This document shows, piece after piece, positions 19,243 through 27,085 of a DNA stretch of 32,000 nucleotides (position 1 is its first letter; each line of letters starts with the position of its first letter). The notes beneath the pieces were generated by a model that saw only the letters and a list, made by a program, of their open reading frames with translations, made no database searches and was not told the origin of the DNA. Position numbers and translations under genes: made by a program. The DNA is from Sunxiuqinia elliptica (GTDB lineage Bacteria > Bacteroidota > Bacteroidia > Bacteroidales > Prolixibacteraceae), in assembly GCF_900113005.1 (NCBI RefSeq), contig NZ_FONW01000007.1, forward strand, positions 78,537 through 110,536, given 5' to 3'.

Positions 19243-21249
19243 TTAAAACAGCATTAACAGATGTGAAGCACTCCAACTAAAATGTTCCGCGTTTAATCCC
19301 TCTTTGGTTATTGGGTGATAGTTTTCCCGAATCGGCATTTGCGAGTTGACCAGACCTTCAGCGCTTTCAACCAGCTTTACAGCCATCATTTTCGCTTCAG
19401 CTACATAGCCATAATTTTTCATTCCTTCTATAGCAAAATAAGCTTGATCCAACCAAACAGGACCTCGCCAATAGCCACGCTGAGGATTGAACTGCTCATG
19501 AGCTGCACTTAAAGTAGGAAAAGGCATGGGAGTATTAAACCGGGTCGTATCCATAATAACTTTTACTAGTTCTTTCGCTTGTTCTGCCGAAGCCACCTCA
19601 TTATACAATGGCGACCAGCCTTCAGGCCCCTGTATCGCAATCTTCTCATGGCTATCAAGCTTGATGTCATAAAAGAATCCGTCTTCCGAACGATACATCA
19701 AGGCCTGAATTTTTTCTTTAAGTTGTTGAGCCTCCTGCTCAAAACGATCGGCCACAGCCTTTTTCCCCAGTACCGTCGCAAGCTTTTGGATATATCGTTT
19801 CTCCTGATAGAGGTAAGCATTCAAATCAACGGATTCCTGATCAATAGAGTAAGCTCCCCGGTTATTTTCAATGATTTTGGCATCATCGAACCGAACCGCA
19901 TTATCCATTCCACTTTCCCAGGCTGCAGCGATTCTTGTCCCATCCGTTGATCCGTATTCGCACAGGCCATTTTGATCATGATCACGATTAGCATACCACC
20001 ATTCATGATATTTTAACAGCTTGGGGAACATTTCCTTGATGAAGTTCAAATCCTGAGTTTCAGTATACACTTGGAAGATTGACCACCCCGAAAGAGGGGC
20101 CTTTGTATTTCGCCAGTTCACGCCTTCAATACTCAAGTCACGGAAAAAGCAATCAGCAAGCATTCCTTCCTCATTCTGATAATCATAGATGGCACGAATT
20201 TGATCTTTAGCCAACTCTGGTTCAAAGGGAGCAATAGCAACAGCATGTTTCCACGAATCCCAAGCCCATAAACCCTGAAAGTAGGTTGCCGCGTAAGAAG
20301 GAACGATTCCCTGATGCAGAATATCACCGGCCTCACTACGCCAATTGTGCATTAAGGTTAAAAATGCTTTTACAGCTAGCTGCTGGTACTTATCGACATT
20401 GAGTACCGCATCTTCAGAACCTTGATTTAACTGCTGCAGATACTTATTCCAACGCTTTTCGTTCCGCTCAAGAACCACTCCAGGCTCTTTCACAAGAGGT
20501 GCTGCCGCAGCCAGATATTCATTTACTTCATTCTTATCTAACAGATACATAAAAGCCCCTGAAATTCGACACTTAGCTGATTCGTCTAATTTCTCAGGTG
20601 TTTCCAGTAGCGAGTAGCAACTATCATAAACAGTAATCTCTTCACAATTAAATAGCAATTGGGCTTCTTCGCGATTATTAATCTTTACACAAACCCGGTT
20701 GTTCTCAGTCGTAACCGATTGCTGAATCTTTGAAAAAACGGTTCCTTTCCAACCCAGTTGAATCGTTCGTGCATTTCCTTGATTGCTAACATCAGCAGTG
20801 ATCACAGAAGTTCGCTTATTGGCATTAAAAAGGTAGAGGTTTACCAATAGGTCATTGATTTCAAAAGTCTGTTTTAACAGCCCGGGATAGAAGGTATTCG
20901 ATACGTTCTGCGCTTTCGACAAATCCAGTAGCTCACCAGCATCGACATCCTTTATTTGCAACTTAATAATTGACGGGCTCAACCAAAAACTCTGCTGTTG
21001 CCTCATTAAAAAGGGGCCCACAAAACCTCCAACTCCTTGCAAATTGCGATCCTCATGCAAACTAAAAGAATGCCACGTTCCTAAATCGGAAAATGAGGAA
21101 ACGCCTGCCTGGCTTGACCTTTCAATCGTGCCTTTTAAATTCAGAACATTCGGAAAATCAAGTCTTGAGATTTTCGATTCCTCTTGATTGGTATTGCAAG
21201 CACTAAGCAATAGCCCCAAAAAAACACCTACTATAAGTTTCTTAATCAT
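19243..21249 (-). CDS. Glycoside hydrolase family 63, YgjK-like alpha-glucosidase ((alpha/alpha)6 barrel), lipoprotein
   Basis: 668 aa with a lipoprotein signal (LLLSAC). It is collinear with E. coli YgjK as I recall it. FSDLGTWHSF corresponds to FFDLGAWHGH, WDSWKHAVAIAPFEPELAKDQIRAIY to [26 protein letters not shown], and FPKLLKYHEWWYANRDHDQNGLCEYGS to [27 protein letters not shown]. Further matches are AAAWESGMDNA, GPEGWSPLYN, YWRGPVWLDQ and ENYHPITKEG..HFSWSASHLLML. It is 33 nt upstream of the GH2 gene. Confidence 0.9.
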   Translation of the reverse strand: MIKKLIVGVFLGLLLSACNTNQEESKISRLDFPNVLNLKGTIERSSQAGVSSFSDLGTWHSFSLHEDRNLQGVGGFVGPFLMRQQQSFWLSPSIIKLQIKDVDAGELLDLSKAQNVSNTFYPGLLKQTFEINDLLVNLYLFNANKRTSVITADVSNQGNARTIQLGWKGTVFSKIQQSVTTENNRVCVKINNREEAQLLFNCEEITVYDSCYSLLETPEKLDESAKCRISGAFMYLLDKNEVNEYLAAAAPLVKEPGVVLERNEKRWNKYLQQLNQGSEDAVLNVDKYQQLAVKAFLTLMHNWRSEAGDILHQGIVPSYAATYFQGLWAWDSWKHAVAIAPFEPELAKDQIRAIYDYQNEEGMLADCFFRDLSIEGVNWRNTKAPLSGWSIFQVYTETQDLNFIKEMFPKLLKYHEWWYANRDHDQNGLCEYGSTDGTRIAAAWESGMDNAVRFDDAKIIENNRGAYSIDQESVDLNAYLYQEKRYIQKLATVLGKKAVADRFEQEAQQLKEKIQALMYRSEDGFFYDIKLDSHEKIAIQGPEGWSPLYNEVASAEQAKELVKVIMDTTRFNTPMPFPTLSAAHEQFNPQRGYWRGPVWLDQAYFAIEGMKNYGYVAEAKMMAVKLVESAEGLVNSQMPIRENYHPITKEGLNAEHFSWSASHLLMLF

Positions 21250-21271
21250 TTCGCTACAACTACCTCGTTAA

Positions 21272-21291
21272 TTCACTTTTCGAAACATGAA
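21272..21291. promoter_or_regulatory. 20-bp imperfect palindrome in the GH63 leader (candidate LuxR-type operator)
   Basis: TTCACTTTTCGAAACATGAA has 8 of 10 arm positions complementary (mismatches at 21276/21287 and 21277/21286). It lies between the candidate -7 box (21315-21322) and the GH63 ATG (21249). It is nested inside a 6-bp inverted repeat, CGCTAC (21252-21257) with GTAGCG (21291-21296). Confidence 0.3.
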
Positions 21292-21314
21292 GTAGCGGAG
21301 TATTTGGAGCAAAG

Positions 21315-21322
21315 CAAAATTA
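21315..21322 (-). promoter_or_regulatory. Candidate -7 box (TAnnTTTG) for the GH63-GH2-lysO operon
   Basis: The plus strand reads CAAAATTA, which is TAATTTTG on the minus strand, an exact consensus match. It is 66 nt upstream of the GH63 ATG. Confidence 0.35.
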
Positions 21323-21440
21323 TTCACCCATACGCAAGCTATACATTTTAAAGAGGGGGTAATAAAGACTATCGATCTACTGAAAATCAATAAAATAAAA
21401 GGAAAAACAAGAAAGAAAGAATCACGTTAAAAATGATTTT

Positions 21441-21458
21441 GTAGGGGCTAAACCCTAC
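21441..21458 (-). terminator. Weak hairpin downstream of the regulator gene (possible terminator)
   Basis: GTAGGG-gctaaa-CCCTAC (6-bp stem) lies 7 nt after the regulator stop codon. On the minus strand it is followed by AAAATCATTTTT, which is not an immediate U-tract. Confidence 0.3.
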
Positions 21459-21464
21459 ACGCAG

Positions 21465-23015
21465 TTACAACTCCATTATAAAGCTTTTGAGCTGAACACC
21501 TGTGTCTAAATTCAACTTTTTTCGAAGACGATAGCGACTCATCTCAATCGACTTCACTTCGATATGGTATTTATCAGCCATCTCTTTCGAAGTTAAATTA
21601 TTTCTTATATCAATGATGAGCTGGAGATCTTTTTCGGTTAGATTTTTATACCGGCTTTGTAAACGATACCTAAAATCCTTCACAAACTCTTCGGACAAAA
21701 TATTCGTTTTTCGATCTTGATTAAAAATGTACTCAAACTTTTTCCAAGCCTCTCTAATTTCTTTTGAGTCGGACTTACTGACACTGACGGCAAGGGTTTT
21801 AATCAATTCATTTCGCTTAGACATGGTAAGTGCCATCGTTTCAATCGCTTCATCTTTATAAGCAAGCTTATCACTTAACTCTGCCTGTTGCTGCTTTTCC
21901 TTTTCGAGTTCTCGAGCCAGTATTTCCTGTCTTAAATAAGCTTTTTCTGCTTTCGATTTAAATAAGTAATAAAAACCAATGACCACAATGATGGTAAAAA
22001 CAACCACAACACCGATCAAGAGGTTACGGTTATATTTTAGTTTTTCAGCCTGTTGAATAACCAATTCATCTTGTTCTATTTTCTCCTGCTGCGCATCAAG
22101 CAGGAAGTTCATAACCGTTTGAGCCTCCTGATTATGAACCTTCTGATACAGATCAATGTACTTATCTTGATAATCGAAGGCAGCCTGAATATTCCCAACC
22201 AACTGTTCGTACTTGTACCGCACTTGATAATATTCCATCAAACTAAAGCTATAGCTTGTTTGATGACGCAATTCATCAGCCTTAATAAGCACATTTCGGC
22301 ACTTATCAAGCTGATGGGTCTTCAAATAAACTCGTGCTAAATGGGCATAAGTCTCCAACAGGGCAGTTGCTGTTCCAGAGCTATTGCCAACGGAGCTTAA
22401 CAAGTATTCCTCTGCTTTTTGCCAATTCTCTTGTTTGATATAGACGATGCCAATATTATTCTCAATGGTCGCGCGCAAGTCCTGATCTGGCTGCTCCAAC
22501 TGATTCATAATAAACAACCCTTTTCGAAAATAGGCCAGCGATTTTGTCTCCTGCCCCGTATTCAAAACATCCAATCCAAGGGCGTTGGTATATAGAACTT
22601 CGCTCCGAATGTCATTTCTGCGCTGAGCTGTTATTAAGGCTTTTTGGTGAAATGGCTCTGCTTGATGATAGTTACCAATATCAAAGTAAATCCATCCAAT
22701 TGTTGCCAGAATATCTTGATAAATCCGCTTCGTTTCATCTTCTTCGAATAATTCTTTTCCTCTTAATGCGTAAAACAGAGCGGTGTGATAGCGATGTTTA
22801 TACAGGTAGCCTTGAGATAAATTCCAGTAAGCACTCGCCCGCATCACAACCTGATCATCTTTAATTAGAGTCAGTCCTTTTTGTGACAGATAAATACAAC
22901 TATCAGGATTAGATTCCTGGTATTCAGTAGCTCTTTCCAACAACTTCGTGACAGAATCTGCCGAAGCATGAAAAGAAAGAAACAGTATAAAAAACGGGAC
23001 AATTAAGTACTTCAT
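21465..23015 (-). CDS. Membrane-tethered one-component regulator: signal peptide, periplasmic TPR sensor region, single TM helix, coiled coil, C-terminal LuxR/GerE-type HTH
   Basis: 516 aa with an N-terminal signal (MKYLIVPFFILFLSFHASADS). TPR-like repeats span roughly residues 30-300 (for example AYWNLSQGYLYKHRYHTALFY, LATIGWIYFDIGNYHQAEPFHQKAL, NNIGIVYIKQENWQKAEEY). The TM helix is LLIGVVVVFTIIVVIGFYYLF, followed by a charged coiled coil (ELEKEKQQQAEL). The C-terminal HTH is LTEKDLQLIIDIRNNLTSKEMADKYHIEVKSIEMSRYRLRKKLN. Confidence 0.85.
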   Translation of the reverse strand: MKYLIVPFFILFLSFHASADSVTKLLERATEYQESNPDSCIYLSQKGLTLIKDDQVVMRASAYWNLSQGYLYKHRYHTALFYALRGKELFEEDETKRIYQDILATIGWIYFDIGNYHQAEPFHQKALITAQRRNDIRSEVLYTNALGLDVLNTGQETKSLAYFRKGLFIMNQLEQPDQDLRATIENNIGIVYIKQENWQKAEEYLLSSVGNSSGTATALLETYAHLARVYLKTHQLDKCRNVLIKADELRHQTSYSFSLMEYYQVRYKYEQLVGNIQAAFDYQDKYIDLYQKVHNQEAQTVMNFLLDAQQEKIEQDELVIQQAEKLKYNRNLLIGVVVVFTIIVVIGFYYLFKSKAEKAYLRQEILARELEKEKQQQAELSDKLAYKDEAIETMALTMSKRNELIKTLAVSVSKSDSKEIREAWKKFEYIFNQDRKTNILSEEFVKDFRYRLQSRYKNLTEKDLQLIIDIRNNLTSKEMADKYHIEVKSIEMSRYRLRKKLNLDTGVQLKSFIMEL

Positions 23016-23274
23016 TTCTACAAAATACCTTAACTATTATTCAAAAAAGCCTTAGAACAGCTTAGAACTCTAGCCAACTCAATCAGGAAAAGACCTGCCC
23101 GAATCAGTCGGCTAACTGCCGTTAAACTTAACGATTAAAAAACAGATAATTGAACGGAAATAAAGTAGATGTACTATTTTTTACACAAATGAATGGACTG
23201 TCCCTCTTACTAATCCTCTAATTAGTCTTTGCAAGCACTAATTCGTGATGGTTCCCTATCTCAATAAAAACAGC

Positions 23275-24291
23275 CTACAGAATATTAGCTTCCGGCTGCA
23301 ATTCGACACTGAATTTTTCGAGTACCGAAGCTGCAATTCTTTGCGACAACTGGTGAATTTCAGCTCCTGAGGCTTGCCCATAGTTGACCAAGACTAAAGC
23401 CTGATGCTGATGCACGCCAGCATCTCCTTCACGGTGCCCTTTCCATCCACATTGCTCAATTAGCCAGCCAGCAGCCAGCTTCACATGTCCTTCGCCTGCC
23501 GGATAGCTCGGCATCTCCTGATAAATTGTTTTTAGCTGCTCGGCCTCCTGACTCGTAACCACCGGATTTTTGAAAAAACTACCAACATTTCCGAGCTCCT
23601 GAGGATCTGGCAATTTCGATTCGCGAATAGCCACCACCGCATCGCGAACGTGCTGAGGATGTAGCTCTCCCCTCTTCTCGACTTCAGCCTTCAGGGCACC
23701 GTAATCCAACTTATACTCCGGAAACTTCTCTAACCGAAAGATTACAGAAGTGACAATAAACCGGTTTTTCAATTCTTGTTTAAAAATGGAATCCCGATAA
23801 GCAAAGCGACATTGCTCAGCGGCAATACTATAATGCTCCTGGCTTTTCAGATCATAGCCGTTTACCGTGTCCACAAATTCGCAAACCTCAACGCCATAGG
23901 CTCCAATATTTTGCACCGGTGCTGCCCCTACTGTTCCCGGAATTAAGGATAGGTTTTCCAAACCATAATAGCCCGACTTAACACAATAATCCACCAAACG
24001 ATCCCAGTCTTCACCAGCCCCCACTTCAAGCCAAACCTGATTCCGATCCTCCCGGACAACCTGAACACCGGGGATATTTGGGTGAATGACCAGCCCTTCG
24101 AAATCTTTCGTTAACAGCAAATTGCTACCACCCCCCAACAAGAAAATCGTTTCCTCCTCCCAGGTTTTATTAGCTTCCAGAAAATCGGTCAAATCTTCAG
24201 CTTCAGTAAACTCGAAAAAAAAGCGGGCTTTAGCATCAACGCCAAACGTATTGTAGTCTTTCAATGAATAGTCTTCGAAAAAGCGGATCAT
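23275..24291 (-). CDS. murB: UDP-N-acetylenolpyruvoylglucosamine reductase (UDP-N-acetylmuramate dehydrogenase)
   Basis: 338 aa. The FAD-binding MurB N-terminus reads SLKDYNTFGVDAKARFF...LLGGGSNLL, followed by PGTVGAAPVQNIGAYG and the C-terminal domain motifs GSFFKNP and AAGWLIEQCGWKG. Confidence 0.93.
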   Translation of the reverse strand: MIRFFEDYSLKDYNTFGVDAKARFFFEFTEAEDLTDFLEANKTWEEETIFLLGGGSNLLLTKDFEGLVIHPNIPGVQVVREDRNQVWLEVGAGEDWDRLVDYCVKSGYYGLENLSLIPGTVGAAPVQNIGAYGVEVCEFVDTVNGYDLKSQEHYSIAAEQCRFAYRDSIFKQELKNRFIVTSVIFRLEKFPEYKLDYGALKAEVEKRGELHPQHVRDAVVAIRESKLPDPQELGNVGSFFKNPVVTSQEAEQLKTIYQEMPSYPAGEGHVKLAAGWLIEQCGWKGHREGDAGVHQHQALVLVNYGQASGAEIHQLSQRIAASVLEKFSVELQPEANIL

Positions 24292-24361
24292 CGTTTTTTT
24301 TTGGCAAAGATAATAGAAGCTGTTTCAATTTCGTTTAATTTGTATAAAAGTACCAACTGCA

Positions 24362-25471
24362 TTGAAAAAAGTTATTTTATCTGTCACCAACGATCTGGTT
24401 ACCGATAATCGTGTTCACAAAGTCGCTTTGAGTCTTCAGCAACATGGTTACCAAGTGATGCTTGTCGGGCGTAAACTGCCCAAAAGTATGCCCATGGATT
24501 TTCGCCCTTACAATACCTGGCGGTTAAAACTTTTCTTCAAAAAGGGGCCACTTTTTTATGCCGAATACAACATGCGACTGCTTTCTTTCCTTTTGGCCAG
24601 AAAAGCAGACATCTTCGTCGCCAATGATTTGGACAGCTTGCCAGCCAATTTTATGGCAGCCAAAATCAAAAAGAAACCATTGGTTTATGACAGTCATGAG
24701 CTGTTTACCGAAGTGCCCGAGTTAATTGGGCGCCACCGCACCAAAGCCATATGGGAACGAATTGAACGCTTGCTGCTTCCTCGGATAAACTACGCCTACA
24801 CGGTTTCTCAGTCGATTGCTGATTTTTACCAAGAACGATATAAAACAACTTTTCTCGTAGTTCGAAACCTTCCTCACCACGAGGAGCTTATGCTCGTTCC
24901 CCATGAAAAAGAATTAGCCAACGACGGACGAAAAATCGTTTTATACCAAGGAGCTCTAAATTTGGGACGGGGATTGGAATACGCCATTAAAGCCATGCAG
25001 TACATCGACAACACCCGGCTGCTAATCGCTGGTGATGGCGACATTACAATGGCATTGAAACAACTCACAGCCGACCTTCAGCTTGCAGACCGGGTTACTT
25101 TTTTAGGCAAAATTCCACTGGCTGAAATGAAGTACATTACCGCACAGGCCGACCTGGGACTTTCAATTGAGGAAGACATGGGGCTAAATTACCGCTTTGC
25201 CTTGCCCAATAAGCTGTTTGATTATATCCAGCAGCAAGTGCCGGTACTTGTCAGCAATTTACCCGAAATGAAACGCGTGGTAACCAATTATGGGGTTGGT
25301 GCTATTTTAAAAGACCACGAACCACATCAACTAGCCCAACAGCTTCAAGAAGCGCTGTTTGACCGGGATTTACGAGAAAAATGGATTGAAAACCTGCCTC
25401 AAGCAGCCCGGGAGCTCTGCTGGGAAGAAGAAGAGAAAGTTTTACTCTCCGTTTTCCAAAAAGCGCACTAG
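24362..25471 (+). CDS. Glycosyltransferase family 4 (GT-B fold)
   Basis: 369 aa. The apparent start codon is TTG at 24362. The first in-frame ATG is at residue 33 and would remove the conserved N-terminal beta-strand (KKVILSVTNDL). The C-terminal half has GT4 features: LLIAGDGD, FLGKIP and a LPNKLFDYIQQQVPVLVSN (E/NxxxxxxE-like) region. Confidence 0.85.
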   Translation: MKKVILSVTNDLVTDNRVHKVALSLQQHGYQVMLVGRKLPKSMPMDFRPYNTWRLKLFFKKGPLFYAEYNMRLLSFLLARKADIFVANDLDSLPANFMAAKIKKKPLVYDSHELFTEVPELIGRHRTKAIWERIERLLLPRINYAYTVSQSIADFYQERYKTTFLVVRNLPHHEELMLVPHEKELANDGRKIVLYQGALNLGRGLEYAIKAMQYIDNTRLLIAGDGDITMALKQLTADLQLADRVTFLGKIPLAEMKYITAQADLGLSIEEDMGLNYRFALPNKLFDYIQQQVPVLVSNLPEMKRVVTNYGVGAILKDHEPHQLAQQLQEALFDRDLREKWIENLPQAARELCWEEEEKVLLSVFQKAH

Positions 25472-25632
25472 TGTCAAGTCAAGTGTGAGGTGTCGTGTAA
25501 GCCACCGTAATTTTTCGTGTTTTGTGAAATTAGAAAAGTAAGCATAGCCATAGCTACGTGAGTCTTTTTATAATGAAACAAAACCGGAAAAGGACAAGAC
25601 TTGGTGCGATAGATCATGCTTAACTTGACACT
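25470..25632 (+). ncRNA. Candidate structured RNA (extended rod-like hairpin) filling the whole convergent intergenic gap
   Basis: Hand-folded nested helices:
- 25470-25483 with 25619-25632 (13 of 14 bp)
- 25484-25488 with 25614-25618 (5 bp)
- 25491-25498 with 25604-25611 (8 bp)
- 25499-25501 with 25600-25602 (3 bp)
- 25511-25524 with 25579-25591 (13 bp, one bulge)
- apical pairings 25530-25538 with 25565-25573, and 25541-25546 with 25551-25555

About 8 of the pairs are G-U wobbles that exist only in the + strand transcript. There is no U-tract after the stem on the + strand. Confidence 0.35.
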
Positions 25633-25635
25633 GAT

Positions 25636-26862
25636 CTATTCTGACATTAAAAATTCTGCCGCTTGGTCAAACACCATCCGAAACGATTCATCAATCAATT
25701 CTTTATTCTTTTCCGTTGCCGGGAAAGGCGTCACGTGGTTGTACTTAAATGAAAAATCATGTACATGAACAGGCACCGAAATATCTCGGGCAGCTCCTTG
25801 CAAGGTATTTACAATTTCATAGGCCGGAATAATGCTATCCTGTTTTAGGGAAATAGCCATCAAATCCGAACTCACCTCTTGGAAAAGCTGCTCCCGGTAT
25901 TCTCGTTGCACTTTATAATCGAGCATCGAATAGAATATTTGTCCTTCCTTATGGTCGCCCGCCAGGTAATGTTTCAAATGAGCATCTTTTTCAAGGTGCT
26001 TCTCCAGATGCTCCACCATATACGAATACAATGCAATATTGGCCTCACTATCTAAGATATACTTTGAAACCGGAGAGAGCCGGTTAAACACTGCTCCACC
26101 ACAAAACATGCAAAGCTTAGACTGGCTGAAATAACCATTGTAATTACTCAGTTTAAGAACTTCTGACAACAGGCAACCAATGGAATAGGACATCAAATCA
26201 AATGTTGTATCCGAAGCGAGTAAAGGGTGTTCATCATTTTTGCAAGCTGTTATAAACTGAATGACATCGTAGTAAGTCTGCAGTCCCGACCAGATAAAAC
26301 GTTGGGGCATTGCATGCAAACGCATACTTATGGCCACATTCGAAAGTGAAGAATTCACCACATTGGGGAACATCTTTTTACGCTTTTCACTCAGCAAAAA
26401 CATGTTTCGTTTGTCACTCCATAACGACAATGTCCGATTCATATGGAAAGCAATAGGAAACAGAATAACTGCTCGTCCGGTTTGTTTTGCCAGATGATAA
26501 GCCCATGGTAGGTATTTATCCCAGTTTTTTTCGTTGAACCCATGAAACAAAAACAACGCACGCTTAACTCGCTTTTCTCCATTCGGCATAAATACCCGGT
26601 AAGAAAAAGACTCATTCTCCTTAATTTCCACATCGCGTAAATAAATATGGTCATTCATTGCACCAATATCATTCAAATAGATGGAGTCGGGAGTAAAGTG
26701 TTTCCCGTGTTTCTGGCAAGTGTAGTTTTCTGCTCCAGGGAGTAAATGCTGCGATGCCGACTTAAAATTGTACTTAGAAACCGTTAAGCCGTCAAATTCA
26801 AACTGGTCCGTGTCGGCACTCCACAATTGTTTAAGTTCTTGATATAAATCCAGGTAATACAT
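25636..26862 (-). CDS. Hypothetical protein with alpha/beta-hydrolase-like core and a roughly 90-aa N-terminal extension
   Basis: 408 aa with no signal peptide. It has an HG-type oxyanion region (ALFLFHGFNEKNW), a nucleophile-elbow-like MSYSIGC (S-x-S-x-G), and a late His in KYNHVTPFP. I cannot assign a named family from memory with confidence. Confidence 0.55.
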   Translation of the reverse strand: MYYLDLYQELKQLWSADTDQFEFDGLTVSKYNFKSASQHLLPGAENYTCQKHGKHFTPDSIYLNDIGAMNDHIYLRDVEIKENESFSYRVFMPNGEKRVKRALFLFHGFNEKNWDKYLPWAYHLAKQTGRAVILFPIAFHMNRTLSLWSDKRNMFLLSEKRKKMFPNVVNSSLSNVAISMRLHAMPQRFIWSGLQTYYDVIQFITACKNDEHPLLASDTTFDLMSYSIGCLLSEVLKLSNYNGYFSQSKLCMFCGGAVFNRLSPVSKYILDSEANIALYSYMVEHLEKHLEKDAHLKHYLAGDHKEGQIFYSMLDYKVQREYREQLFQEVSSDLMAISLKQDSIIPAYEIVNTLQGAARDISVPVHVHDFSFKYNHVTPFPATEKNKELIDESFRMVFDQAAEFLMSE

Positions 26863-27085
26863 AGCAATAAGTTTATTGAAAAAACAATGCAGGTTTACCT
26901 TCTCCAGATCCAGAGTTCTTCTAAATACTTTTCAATTGCGCACACCAATTAACATCATCAAAATAAGGAAATATAAACCTGATGTTTTGTTTGGGCTAAT
27001 GTAGAAATTCAAGGCCAATAAAACATGCCAAAACGAGGATTGTTTTTGCAACAAAAGGTGCAAAATACCTATCGCTACAGAGGCT

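Noticed and set aside
26865-26878. A 14-bp palindrome, CAATAA-GT-TTATTG, lies 3 nt upstream of the alpha/beta-hydrolase start codon.
   Set aside because: It is short and AT-rich, with no second copy and no associated regulator. It cannot be distinguished from chance.
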